Positions 25,516 to 39,000 of a stretch of DNA of 64,000 nt are shown piece by piece (position 1 is the first letter of the stretch; every line of letters begins with the position of its first letter). The notes beneath the pieces were generated by a model that saw only the letters and a list, made by a program, of their open reading frames with translations, searched no databases and was not told the DNA's origin. The DNA lies in NCBI GenBank assembly GCA_026026165.1, contig JAPEUD010000060.1, positions 62,001-126,000 of the forward strand. Direction: 5' to 3'. The position numbers were made by a program, and so were the translations under genes. The stretch is from Sarea resinae. Taxonomy: Eukaryota.

Positions 25516-26772
25516 TCAGGTCTCACCAAACACAAAGACACCCTTACCACTCCTGAATCCCTCCAACGTGCCCTGCACGGCCTCCTTGAGCGTCTCTTCC
25601 TTGGTGTCCCAATCCCAGCCCACCTGTTGCACGGGGATATCCTTGAATTTCCCCTCGCGCGTCAAGCTCAGCACATCGTCGATGGTGCGTTTCTTCTGCT
25701 CGGTATTGCCATCGCTCCACTTGCTGACCCAGAAACCATCGAAATGGATGTTCTTGAAAATCAGCAAGCCGGCCGGCAGTTGCGTCGGCTGCTTCGACAT
25801 GGCCCCGTACGTCACCAGGTGGCCATCGGGAGCCAGCACCTTGGCGAGGGAGGTCGCCGATTTCCCGCCGACGCAGTTGAGGCCCAGACGCACCTTCTCC
25901 CGTCCGCCATGCGTCCACTCCTTGACGCGCTCGCCGAATCCCTTTTCCAGCACCTCCGTGTCCGATATCACCACGTCCGCGCCCAGTTCCTGCAGCTCCT
26001 TCTTCATGTCCGCAAAGTCCGGCCGATCTCGCACGACGTTGATGCTCTTGTAGCCCCATAGCCTGCCCAGCTGGATAGCCGCGCGCCCAACGCCGCTGTT
26101 GGCTCCGTTCTGGATGAACCAGTCGCCCTCGTGCATGGGCACAAAGTCGCGCAGCATGCGGTAGGCCGTACACGGATTGACCGAGACGGTCCCAACCTGC
26201 AGAGGCGTCAAGCCCGTCTTGTCGTCGATCTTGGTGAGCTGGTCCTCGGTCATCTGGGCATGGGTGCGCCAGGTTCCGAAGCCCGTGCGTTTCATGACGA
26301 CCCAGTCGCCCTTGGAGATGGTCTTGACGCCGGATCCCACGGAGATGACTTCGGCGACGCCCTCGTTGCCGCCGACGGCCGACGGTTCCGGCGTGCCAAG
26401 GGTTTGGGAGAAGGTCGGTTTGGCGGGGTAGACGCCTTGGATCTGGTTGATATCTGCGGGATTGATGGGGGAGGCGAGGAAGCGTATGGTGACGTTGTCT
26501 TTGTAGGCTGGGGAGATGGAGTGGCCATGGAGCCTTGTCACAACGAAGGTTAGACACACTTTTCAATGCCGGAATCTTTCTCTCACTCACCTGAGAACGT
26601 CTTTTGGCTCACCATATTTCGAGAAGACGAGTGATTTGGCTTGTGTATAACCGTAGGCCGAGATGTAGCGTTGGCTGCCGGGCACCGTTCGTCTAGCATT
26701 GAAGCAGCTATTTACACTCGGTGAAAGACAACCTAGCGGTCGTGCTGCCGTCCTCAGGGACGTTGGTGGCAT
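25516..26772 (-). CDS. ETR1: Mitochondrial trans-2-enoyl-ACP reductase (MECR)
   Basis: Presequence; SPINPADINQIQGVYP, GGNEG, GTWRTH, VNPCTAYRML, QNGANSGVG, LVTYGAMSKQP; one intron. Confidence 0.94.
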
Positions 26773-27224
26773 TGTGGCGTTGAGATTGGTGTTCGTGGGG
26801 AAGAGTGTCAGAGCCCAGAGTTGACTATCGTCAATAATTGATGGAGCTCTGCCGAGGGTTGATGGGATGACGTTCGACGGCTACGAAGTACTTTGTACCA
26901 AATATACCTACGTCCACACCGGACCTCGGGCGTCGTCAAGACACGACAGCTGTCCGATGTTTGATCTCTCAACCATCAATACGTGTTTCATGCACGAATA
27001 CCGTGTTAGAGTAACAGCGCTATATAGCCAGATTTCGACCCCAGAGTGCGATAAGATTAGCTTAAGATGCATTATTGCATATATGTACCCCTAAATTCTC
27101 TCCAGGTCTATCTACAGATCACCCCAAGAACTCGAAAGCAGCAACGCCTCATCCCTTCTCCTTTAGATCGTCGTCGTACCGTTCAGCACATCTCAGTCAT
27201 GCCAATCATGCCAGTCATATCTAT

Positions 27225-29736
27225 CTACATCAAAGACATCGTAGTAAAGTTGCTCTGAGCACTTGACGGCCTTGTCAAGTAGGGCTCCGCCGTCGCCGAG
27301 TGGGAATAGGGGCTCGTCCGGCCGAGCTCGTCGATCAGCCCCTTCATGTTCAGCCAGTATTCATTCTTCGGCCGCCTATCCACCCAGTCCGTCTCGGTCT
27401 TTTCCACCGTCTCCATAGGTGAGAGGACGACTTCATCGCCCTTGATACCGATGACAGTTGCGCTCATGGGGTCGCTCATGATCCTCTGTCCATCGCGACC
27501 GGAAAACTCTTCAATGAATTGAATGCACTTGACGGCCATACGGACTGCCCTGACGCGATCCATAGGTGAAGGCCGACCGCCTTGCTGAACGTGGCCTGGT
27601 ACAGCAAACCGAGACTCAAATCGGCCATGGGCTTCCTCGCGGATCATGTTGGCAATGACCTCGGTTGTGTACGTTGACGATGCACGTTCGTTGCGGAGGA
27701 TGAGCTTGCCTGCACCGCTCTGGCCATGATCCCTCTTGAAGGTCTCGCGTAGCGTGTCAATATCACGATCAAGTGTCTTGATGCTGATACCTTCTTCCGG
27801 TGTGTAGACGGTAAATGCACCGATGGAGAGGCCAGCCATTGTAGCAACGTAACCTGAACGCCCTCCCTGTGTCTCGACCACGAAAACGCGACGACGTGAA
27901 GCCGAGGCGGACTGCCGAATAGCATCGCAGTAGTCGACGAGCGCATTCAAGCAGGTGTCGCTGCCAAGAGAGGCTTCCGTACCGGGCACATTGTTGCTGA
28001 TGGTAGCCGGTAGCACGACCATCGGGATACGGAAAGCGGGATATTCCGGTCTGGCCTTTCTGAGCTCGCTCACAGCGGTGAATGCTTCGAAGCCACCAAT
28101 GACGATGAGTCCATCGAACTTGTAGAGCCCAAAGCATTCGGCAGTCTTGGGGTAGTCTTCCGAAGGCAGTCCGCGGTTGGTACCAAGCTCGGAGCCACCT
28201 TTGCTGCACCAGCTTTCGACATCAAGCCATTTCAGCTCACGCACCGTCCCAAGCGGCTTGTCGTCATGATGGCGGCAAAGACCAGGGAAACCACTATAGA
28301 TACCGATGGGAGTGTGACCGCGCGAGAGACAGAATGCTGTTGCAGCGCGCGTTGCAGCGTTCATGCCACCAGCTGGAGCACCAAGGTGCATGATGGCAAT
28401 TCGCATGCGCTATGGAAAGCTTGGATTAGTCGATGAGGATGGATTTGAATGCGGGAACCTTACCTTCTCCTTGGGCAAGAGCAGTTCCGACTGATCAACG
28501 GCAGTGGTTGTTAGATAAGCCTTGAGGTATTCCGCGAATTCGGGTCCACGGAGTGCCATTGCACGATCGAAGTTTTTGTTATTGATAGCGATAGCGACTT
28601 CATGCGTGAGCTTGACGGCCTCTATCAATGGCATGCGGGTAATCTTGTTTTCCGTGATGGAGATGACTGGGGTAGGCGTATCGGGAGTTGCGTCGAGGAC
28701 GGCTTGCACTGCTTCTACACCCTGAAGAGTGGAGAGCAGACGGTCGTAGGCGCAGGCATTGCCACCTCTCTGGACGTGGCCCAGAGTAGTAATTCTCGTG
28801 TCGAGGCCGAGCTCATTTGCCAAGAGGTCCTTGACTTTTGCAGAAGTGATTTTTTGAAGGTTTGCATCGATCGCGCCTTCGGCGACGATCACAATCGTCT
28901 TTCTCTTTCCAAGCTTCCGATGCTACTCACTGTCAATTTCTACGAACATAGATATTGGAATTGAATTTCGAGATAGTGGAGAGACTTGCCTTGCTGATGA
29001 CTTCGCACATTTCCTTGTCCCAATCATCCGCCGGCGGCTTTTCTGGAATGAAAACAAAGTCGGCGCCGGTGCTCGAGGCGGCCATCAGAGCAAGCCAGCC
29101 ACAATGGCGACCCATGACTTCGATGACGAAAGCTCGAGAGTGCGAGAAGGCAGTGGCATCGATGTAGTCGACCATCTCACAAATTCTTCCGAGAGAAGAG
29201 TAGGCGCCAATGGTGGCATCGGTCATGGCCATGTCGTTATCAATGGAGCCAACCATGCCCACGATATTGAGATGCCGGAATGGCTTCACTTCCTCGGCGG
29301 TCAATTCATTCGTGTCGACCAATTCCTTCAGCAAGCCGGGCCACTCGCCCCGGAAGATGTCGGCACCCGTCAGACTGCCGTCTCCTCCACAGATGATCAG
29401 GGCATCGATTCCTTTCAGGATCAAGTTCTTGGCGGACCGTAGGCGGCCGGGGCGTTGTGTGAAAGCTTTGCAACGGGCGGTGCCAATCAGCGTGCCGCCT
29501 TCGGACAGGAAGCCTCGCACATCGTCCCAGTACATTTGCTTGATGTAGTCTCCGCCCTGCACCAGTCCCTCGTAGCCCTCGTGGATGGCGTATGCCTCGC
29601 AGCCTCGCACGATCGACATACGAACGATGGCACGCACGGCTCCATTCATGCCCGGAGCATCACCTCCACTGGTCATGACACCAATTCGTCGACTCTTGCC
29701 CTCAAGAGGCGGCGGCGGGGCCAGGTAAGTATCCAT
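27225..29736 (-). CDS. pfkA: ATP-dependent 6-phosphofructokinase (two-domain eukaryotic type), 3 coding exons
   Basis: [43 protein letters not shown]; second half [26 protein letters not shown]. Confidence 0.96.
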
Positions 29737-30170
29737 GATGCTGGAGTGCTGCTGTCGAAGGTATCAATCGCTGATCGGTTCGAGAGATACGTCACCGCCA
29801 AAACCCTTCAGAGGCGGTCAAACTGCTTTCGACGACGACCTTGCGGGAAGACTGGGGATCAATGTACAGAAAAGGGTCAACAGCGGGAAGGGACAGGAGA
29901 AGAATGTACGGATCGGACGGGGCGGAATGGCCGGGAGGAGCAGGAAAGTGAAGCTGGAGCTGGGATGGAATTCGGGATCGTCAGCGAAGGCCGTGCCGGG
30001 AGTGGTGAGGAAGGGCACGGATGGTGGAGAGAGGGCGCCGGTGCTGGGACGTGGGGGGTCTAATGGCGAATGGGCTAAGGCCAGGTGAAGTCAGGTACCT
30101 CTGGGTCGGTAGGTGATAGGGCCGATTCAGAGTTGAGGAGGACGTTGACGCTGACCGCGATCAAAGCTGG

Positions 30171-30177
30171 TTATATA
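30171..30177 (-). promoter_or_regulatory. TATA box (TATATAA) upstream of PFK
   Basis: TTATATA on + strand in a GC-rich context ~440 bp upstream of the PFK ATG, just upstream of a putative 5'UTR intron. Confidence 0.45.
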
Positions 30178-31217
30178 CCTTCTCTTGCATTTGCTGGGCG
30201 CCGCACGACTGCGTACCAATTACTTTATTTATTGCTCACGACGAGGGCAACGATCGAGTCTCTCCGTCGAGAAAGGTGGTGCCGCTCGCCAGGTGTCGTA
30301 CGAGGTGCAGCGGCCATGGGATACTACGGAGTACTTCGCACCGTGCGGCCAAGTACCGGCTACGACGTGAGTGGCGGCCGGTCCGGCGTGCGAGGGCACG
30401 GCGGTGGTACCCGGTACTCGTGCTCTTCCCTGGCGTCGAGGTCCCCCCGAAGTAAAATCGCTCATCGCTCATCAGATTATCCACAGAGTACGGAGTACGG
30501 AGTAGAGCAGCGTCGTCGTCGTCTCACCACCGCACCTGCCACCTACTCAAACTTTTCTTCCAGATTGCTTCCTCGCTCTGGTCGGCCCTTTATGCTCTGG
30601 GAGATGTCGCCCTGACGGTGGCATGATCGCAGGGTGATCTGGACGGAGCTCGACATGCAGGCTCTCGGCCTCTGACGCTCCAGCTCCATGGCCCGAGCTC
30701 TTGCCCCGTACATACTGTGTAGTACTGCGGTCGAGTGCGAACCTTGAAGTTGAACTCTCGTTCCCTCCGGACGCATGATGCTGCGTCACCGCGGCGCTGC
30801 AGTGTCTCCCGTCCCGTCTGCCAGTCCCGACTGCGCAGTACTCGGAGTAGAGTACTCCGGAGTAGGTTGTGAGCCCGAGTACATGGGGGTACCGTATGCT
30901 CAAGCTATCTGCGCGCAGATCTAGGTACTCCGGAGTCCATTCACATTGGATCCCACCTCAGTTAGTAGGTACGAACTGCGACGATCTCGATGATCTCCCT
31001 CGCTCAATCGCTCAAGTCCTAGGTACGTACAGTACTCGTAGAGGTTTCGGTCGGTCTCGGCTCCCGTAGTTGCAATGCACAGCAGACTGAACAAAAGGAT
31101 CCAACGATCAAACGCCTTACCGTAATTCAATATCAACAATCCGTCGATCCTCACCCATCAAAGAGGACCGAGTCGTATTCCAGCTCTACTCTACCATCTG
31201 CCTTGCAACACTCGACC

Positions 31218-33365
31218 ATGGATGACACCGCCGAGACGCCCGCAGATGCCTTCTCTCTCTCGCTGCGCGCATGGCCGGCCCAGGACCCGAACGCCGAATC
31301 CTTGCCGTCGCTGATCCCCCGCATCAACGAGCAACGGGGCCATTTTCGCAACATCACCGAGGACGGTCTGGAGGAGGAGATCCGAGCCGCTGCCGATGGC
31401 CACGCGCGTCCTGAAGGAGCGGACGAGGGTGATGAGAATGTCGTGCAGGATGCCAAGGGTAGGCAGGACGAGGTTCTGGCCGCACGTGAAGAGATAGTCA
31501 AATTCGTCTCGTGAGAGCTCCAGTCAGGACAACTACTTTAACAAGTCAATTGATCGCTGACGGCGGCTCTAGGAAGGCCCAGATGGAAGCCCTCTACGCG
31601 CTCGATTTCGTCTCGCTCCTGCTGTCAAAGGATACCCCCAAGCAAGCCGAGGTGTCCATGTCGTCCTACCTTCAACAGCACGTTCCCAGCGCATCTCTCG
31701 GCGCCGGCAAGGTACAGCCGCCGCAAGTGTCCGAAGCGGAGAGACGCGACGAACAACTCGTGTCTCGAGGATGGAAGATGCAGAGCTTGAATTCAGCGGC
31801 CGACTCTCTGCTCCGATCGGCTCATCGACTAGAACAGGAGATCGAGCATGAGACACAATACTGGGAGCAGGTGCTTTCGGTCAGCGAGAAAGGTTGGGCC
31901 GTATGCCGGCTCCCACGAGAGAGGCATACACTCGGAGTGCGATTCGGCTTCGCTGAGGGTACGTCCTACTCGCAGACCTGCCCAATTAGACAGCTCCAAT
32001 ACTAAATGATCCTCGTTCATAGCTGCCCCAGAATTCAAAGATCGTGGCCTAGCTGCTCTTCGCCGCGGTGAAGATGGCAGCCTCGTGCTGGACCAAGGCC
32101 CCGTCTCGACAGAGCCCAAAACTGTACGCGTGCGGATCCAAGGCTCGGAGGGCAGACTTATCGGCGCCTCAACCCTACGCTCCAGTCCAGAAGCAACTCA
32201 ACTACCAATCGAAGAATTGATTCTTCGCGCGCGCAACACTATCTACGAAGAGGAGTGCTTCCACGAGCTGATCCGCGAAGCCCGCACTCTCGTCAGTCAG
32301 GGCGTCAAGACTTTCGGCTCCGTCATCCACCTTCCTCAACAAGCTAATAGTGGCAAGCAAATCCTCATCGACCTGGTGTCTCCTGACAACATCGTCGATG
32401 TCCCATCTCCGGATACGCAATCCTCTGCCAATGACCTCGCCGAATCGATCGCCCTCTCTCTCCGCATCCTGCTCTCTTACGCCCATCGCCAGAACTTCTA
32501 CCGTCGCGCTCAGCCCCCGCCACCCCTAACAGCCCGCAAGCGACCCACACCCATCCACTCCATTCTCCGCCCCATTCTCACGCACCTCCAGCACCGCGAC
32601 GCCATCCGCGATCTCTCAACCTTCCTCTGTTCCTTTAGTGCCTCTCTCCAAACCGCCGGCTTCCCATCACCTCACACACTCGAGATCGCCTCGAACTTTC
32701 ACATGCCCCTTTCCCCTTCTACCACTACGACCCCTTTCACCATTCTTACACAGTTTACAAAGTCCAACACCAAACCACCCTCGGAGTCACTCATCGAGGC
32801 CCTCCTAGCCCCCATCGATTCTACGGCAACTATGACTCTCCCCTCCTCTGCAACTCTTAGCATATCCGTGCGCACGCACCTGTATCCTCCACTCCTAGGA
32901 ACCGAGTACCGCCTCTCTGCCGCCGCCACCACCACCCCATCCTCAGCACGCACAACAGCACCCTTCCTCTCGACCCTCCCCATCCGCTTCACCTCGCGCC
33001 ACGAACTAACCTCCTACCTCCACCACCTCTGCACGCTCGACCTCGTATCCGTAGCGTGCTCCCCGGACGAGCCGAGCGGCTGGTCGCCCTCGCCGCTCCC
33101 CGGCGAACTTACCAAGACCGTGGGCGGGCGCAAGAAGACACTGGTGATCGAGGTGCCGGGGCCACGGGGCCAAATGGAGGTCCGTAGGGCATGGGCGGAC
33201 GGGACGGGGAGAAGCACCAGTCTCGGCGGCGGGGCGTCGTCGTCGGAGGAGGAGGAGGCGGAGAAGGTGCATGTGTGGGACGGAGTGCGCGGTCGGGATG
33301 AGGAGGGTCGGGATCGGACGAAGAGCTTCAGGGAGGTTGTGGCTGAGGCAGGAAGGGAGGAGTAG
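31218..33365 (+). CDS. SRB4: Mediator subunit 17 (Srb4), 3 exons
   Basis: RINEQRGHFRNITEDGL, ALDFVSLLLSK, ETQYWEQVL, LGVRFGFAE|AAPEFKDRGLAALR, RARNTIYEEE.FHEL.REAR. Confidence 0.9.
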
Positions 33366-33833
33366 AGGGGCCCCGTCGTCGAGAAGGGGTCGTTTGGATC
33401 AGGTAGTCTGGAATGGCTATGCATGTGTGGACGTGTGTGCCTATGCCGTTCGCTTTATTTCCAATATATGGCCACCCGACTTTGAGATGATGCCCCTGGT
33501 ACTGGTATCTTGTCATTGATTCAGAATGTTGATGGATATCTAGATCTAAGGAATTGACACGGTAAAAGAAAAAAAGAAAACTGTGATATAGCGCAGATCA
33601 GAGTAGAGCAAAGAGTCGGAGAAAAAGCAGCTGCCTGCCGCTCCAATAGTTTCATCCCGGAGGAGCAGGCAAGTCCAAGTATCTGAGCGAAATGGGAGAT
33701 GAAATGTCAGATGAGTAAACAGAAAAGCGCACCATCCAATCCCTATCGTTCTCTTTAAGAAGCGAACAACATGATGGAGAAAAAAGAATCCGCCACGCCA
33801 TCCCGGTTCCTAGAATGATTGCCCGCGACCCAA

Positions 33834-35614
33834 TCAGTCCCTCTTTCGCATCTCCCACGAACTCAGCTCCTCGAGTTCATCGAGTAACATGACCGTCTCC
33901 GCGGGACTCGCGATCCACGCCGTCGTGCACGCCAATCTGGCCTTGAAGTCGTTGGCGCCCGCGGACAGGAACTGGTCGCCGATGTGCAACGATTTGGAGC
34001 CCTCGATGCCGCCAAAGAAACGCTGGCAGGATAGTACGCCCCAGGATTTATCGCCTATATCTACGAATACGTCGTTGCCGCCTGTCAAGTTTGAGAAACG
34101 GGTTGGGTATTAGTAAAATGATCGATTTGGATATGTTGAATGGGGAAGAGGAGAGGAAGACTGATGCGGAGAATGATGCGGAGTACAGAGGTGTAGGGCA
34201 AATCAAGGCCTACCATTGAAAGCACAAAATGGTATTCGCTGCCCCACGGGCGACATGTCGAGGATCTTCTGCGTGGTCAAGACCGTCTCCTCTAGCTGCT
34301 CTCTCGCCAGCTTTTGCCCGTCAGTGGCCGGTATAATCCCCACGGCCCTCTCCTTCCTCAGAACCATGGCATTCAATTTCATGTTCGTGACGCACTCGCG
34401 CAGCGACTCCTCCGCCACGTCCAACAGCTGCTGGATGTCATCCTCCTTCCACAACTGCATCTCCTTGAGGAGCCAGTCTTTTCGAGGCACGTAGCGCAGG
34501 AGACATGGTTCCGCAAGGTCAAGCTGGAATAGATAGCTAGACTCTCCACCGAGGACCACGAGATTATGCTTTTGTGACGAGGTGAGATCGGAGGAGGCCT
34601 TGATGGCGTCTAAGAGGCCATGGAGCCGGCCATAGTATCTGGCAGCCTCGGTGTAGCCCGCCGCGGTGACGATGCCAATCTTGGCACCCTGCTTCATGAG
34701 GCTGAGGATCCTTGGAATGACCGGATTGGACTCCGTCAGCGACTCCCCGTCGTCGTACAAGGTGACATCACCATCGAAGGTCACGAGTTGTATTGGGCCA
34801 CTGCGCACCAGGCTGATGACTTGCGCTGTGTTGAGAATGAGCCGGATATCGTTGAAGGAGGGTGGTACGAAGCGTCGAGAGCTGATGAAGCGCCGCCCGT
34901 CTTGGTATATGAAGGCGTCTTTCAGGGGGAGCGGGGTGAAGAATACGCCAATAGAAGGGACAAGCAGCTTCAATTTGGATCGATCATGCAGGCCGGCTTT
35001 TTGATGTGCGACTGAGGCGGATTATGTGAATTGGAGAGCATGGAGGATACAGAGGATGTCGGCTTAGGAAAGAACGTACTGTGGTCGTCAATCAGGTCTT
35101 CAACGTCCCCCATTATCTCTGCATAGCGTCGATGTGCTGTGCTTGCCATCTGCCTGACACTTGCGCGCCCCTCCTCGAAAACCGCTGTAGGCTGCGAATG
35201 CAGTACGAACGGTACTGCCAACAAGCCCTATATTCCGGTTTGTCCGTCAGAAATGATAGTAAAACCCGGGCCAGTCCGAGTGATGAGGGAACAGCAGCAG
35301 CAGCAACGTAGCCGGACAAGGATGATAAAGGTTGGATGTCTAGTATAGGCAATTTTCATACCTTGACCCATTCTATCTTTTCGGAAGTCAGTGAGAGGTT
35401 CCTGATAGTAAGCAAGCTTTCGACTTACGAATTGGTCTCTTCGATGAGACTACTGCCCCTTAGCAGATCCAAAGTAATGAACAATATGATTGAGACGCAC
35501 CTTGAGTGCATCTGCGCTTCGATTAGTTCACTGCTGAAGGCGTTCCAACTCCCGAGAGAGAAGCAGTTAGAAGTCAATTGAAAACATACATTCGACTCTA
35601 TATCTGGTAGTCAT
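33834..35614 (-). CDS. ISN1: IMP-specific 5'-nucleotidase, 7 exons
   Basis: Spliced MTTRYRVEYALKSHRRDQFIEWVKGLLAVPF, RRFVPPSFNDIRLILN, HAD motif TFDGDVTLY, FNGGNDVFVDIGDK, LHIGDQF, GANDFKAR. Confidence 0.95.
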
Positions 35615-36058
35615 TGTTCCGCAGCCCAATTGGCATTAGCAGCGTATGTTATGCAGTGAGTCCAAGTGACGATGTGCCCCTCGGCCCATATACGGATCAA
35701 CAGACATTCCGATAGCACAAGTGGTCCCCTTCGACTGCCCTACTACCTCTCTGACAATCGGCTACCCCCGCGACTGTTGAAATAATGAAAAGGAGAAGTA
35801 GCGTGTATTATTACCTGTGGCCTTAATCTGCTAGTAGAAGCATTGATGAGGAATGCTATGTTCCCTTCCCTGAATGTTAATGACTACAAGAGATGAGGCT
35901 ATGGAAGCTATTGGGAAGAAGTCGGATCATGAATGATCGTCTTGATACTCCTTCTCTTACCAAGCTGTACATATTGAGGGTGCAATGTGAGAAATGCTGC
36001 GCTAAACAATGCTATGCTCCTTCCAGATTAATAATTCCAAGCCAGACTCCGAAAAATG

Positions 36059-39000
36059 CTAGAAGAATGCACACCACCCAATATACATAGCAGCCAGATT
36101 ACGCGGGCTAGTAGCCTGCTGAATGAGCGCTTGTACGTGGCCTTCTTCTGATAACGGTACAGCCTCGTCAGCCAGTAAACCCCTCAGCTTGCTGCGAACA
36201 GAATCGAGCACCCCCTGAGGAGTCTCAGGTACGCGGGCAACTGATCGTTTCTTCATCGATATATCAGTCGAGAACCCAACTTTCGGATATGCGTTGGGGC
36301 CTACCTTTTTCCCAATAAAATCGGTTGTGGGGTCATACAAAAATGTCTCGAGAATGGTCATGAGAGTGTCCTCATTCTGACGAAGAATCGTCATCGTTAA
36401 CTCGCACGATTTGCGAAATGGACCTGCCTTTAGTGTTAGTATCCTGACTCGCAGAGACTCTGGTAAGTCATACCCTCATAACCATATACCCCGAAGGCGT
36501 CAACCATGTTGTGAGTAAGTCGAAAAGGTACCAACTCGGGTTTTTCGAATGTCAAGCCCTGATGGACGTTAGAAGAGCCTCTCGACTTGTTGGTAAACAT
36601 ACTTTGTCGAACAGGCAGTTGAAATCAACATGGAAAGTTCCGCCATTGCCTTCCTCGAACAGTATGTTTTCTCCATGGCGGTCGCCGAGTCTAAGAACCA
36701 TCAGTCAAGCTTGACAGGACCATGAATTTATCGGCAGTCTCACCCGAGAACGTGCCCTACCATCGACATTACAGCGCAAGAGCGTGTGTATCTCAATCTA
36801 GCCGCGAACCAAGCACCTGCCTCTGGAAACATCTCCACAAACCATTCATGAAAGACAGGCGGGAAGCTAGAGATGTCAGGAGATTTGAAAACCTCGGGAT
36901 GAAGAATACTTGCCTCGGAATGATCTTTCTGGTGAATATTGGAAGCTTCGATTCATGAGAGCATGCTTCATCTAGAAGCATGCGTATTTCCCCATACTAA
37001 AGCCTGGTCAGTATAGTAGCACATTCAAAGCAATCTGTACAGACTCACATTAATCGCAACATTTTTCTGCTTGTAGAGCTTTAGTAAGATATCACGCAAC
37101 GTTTTCAAATTATCGATCCATTCTATCAGCCCGCATTCTTCGTTCAATGGCGTGACTGCATATGTTTTAATGTCTACGGGGCATTAGCGTTGTGGAAATG
37201 TATAGGATTGGTCATTTAGACCTACAAAGCCGACGTTTGCTTGACTCTGCGTCTCTCTTGAGCGACCGATTAATCATAGCATTGAATTCCATAAGGCGCT
37301 GGTCCTTTCGCAGATCATCTTTGGGTTTACAAAGCAGCCCGTACAATCGTCCATCTGAGCCTCTGACAGACAACTTTCGTGGCTTCTGAAGAGAACTCAA
37401 GACCAAGACATCATCCAGGAAGGCTAGGAGGGGTTAGCACGGAATCCACGAAGAGAAAAGAAAAGATTGTACCTGATATTGTCACTGTTTCTCTTACAAA
37501 AGGTCTGTGGTTTCTGATACTGGTCTCTGAGCTTGCTGGCAGAGACGCCGTCAAAGTGGCTTCCAGAGGGATTACCAAAGGGCAAGGTGCATTTTTATGG
37601 TTGAAGCCAAGGTCCTTACTCAGGCTTACGTTGGAAACTCTGCTTTCGATATGTCTCTCACACACGTGCAGAAGCTGGTCAGATATTTTTTGTCCTTGAT
37701 TGAGCAGTGCCCGAAAGTCAAAGCTCCCTGCTTCAGCTCGTTTCCGATGAGAATCCTGTGGCTTTTAGTATATTGGCAGACAGCAAATATCCTCTTCTTA
37801 CCTTGATTCGATTCAAACAAGCAACGCCCCGGGATGCTCTGTCTCGTGAAGAAGATTTCACCACCGCAAGCAGGGTCCAGAGCGCTTGCTGCGGATGAGC
37901 AGAGACGACTTTTACGATAATCTTTGTAAGTAGCTCGTTGACTTTTGGATGAACGTGGCAAATACGAGCGACCAGTTGGGACAGTGCAGTGTAGAACTAA
38001 AGCCATTAGACTGAGCATGCAAACAGGGTTTGTACTTACTTGATAAGCTGTGAGCCTGTCAATATATTTTTCAATGGTCTTGTTCACAACTTCAAGAAAT
38101 TTCGCTCGTGCTACTTGAATACTCTCGGACCTGGAATAGTCGTTTCTGGAAATAGTTTTAACAATCAGCTACTCAATGAGCGATGGCGACCTACTTATCT
38201 CTGTCCTTCTCCTTGAGAGAAATAGCAAAATCAACCTTCGAGCCCATATCCAGCCAAAGTGTTATGACCCTTGGCAGGATTTGGAAAATGTTTTTAGTAC
38301 CGAATGACATAGCCCGAAGATAGTTCTCAATTACGAGCTTGGTGTATTCACCACTTAGACTTCAAACACGTTAGTCAACACTCTCTGATTACGTCTGAAG
38401 AGACAAACTATGATCTGCTCTGCCTGCTCTCTGGTGATGCTTTTTCGGACTCGAGCAGCTTGTTATAATGCTTTCCGAGATAGTAATGACCCTTCTCCCA
38501 TCTAGAGGTTGAAGTTAGAGTTGTCAATGAGAGGGACTGGCGAACACCTGCCTTGCGTACGACCTTGCAGCTTCCTGGTACTTTCCGATAAGGACACTCG
38601 AGGGGGTCTGGCCTGCGGCATCAAGCCATTTTGCAAGAAGTAAATGAGCCTAATTCGGGTTAGAATGGGCAGTAAAAATCGATTTCTTACGTACTCTGGC
38701 GGTCAGGTAGTTTTGTTGCTGCTGTTTATCTCCAACCAGTGAAACGGTGGCGCTATCTAGGGCCACAAAATTATGAGAGCTGAAGGCATTAGCTGCTATC
38801 GCGCCGTCTAGGCTCTGAATAGCTTTGCGGTGGTGGCCTTCTTTCCACAAAAGTCGAGAATGCTCTATTGTAGCTGATTGATCACCGAGCTGAGAAGCGT
38901 GGAGGACAGCATTGAAGGCTTCGTGCGTGAGATTCCCTTTTCGAGCTAATTTGGCGCTCCGAAGCCATGAAGAAGCAATGTTGTGGCTGGTAAATTTTGG

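Noticed and set aside
25544..26590. 348-aa alternative-frame ORF (and antisense ORFs) overlapping ETR1
   Set aside because: Arg/Gly/Ala-rich shadow of high GC3 codon bias; no motifs.
29455..30615. Several 100-200 aa ORFs in the PFK leader and PFK-MED17 intergenic region
   Set aside because: GC-rich promoter DNA, mostly non-ATG starts, no homology cues.
20855..35614. Two 5'-nucleotidases as a nucleotide-salvage cluster
   Set aside because: Different folds and compartments, 11 kb apart with unrelated genes between.
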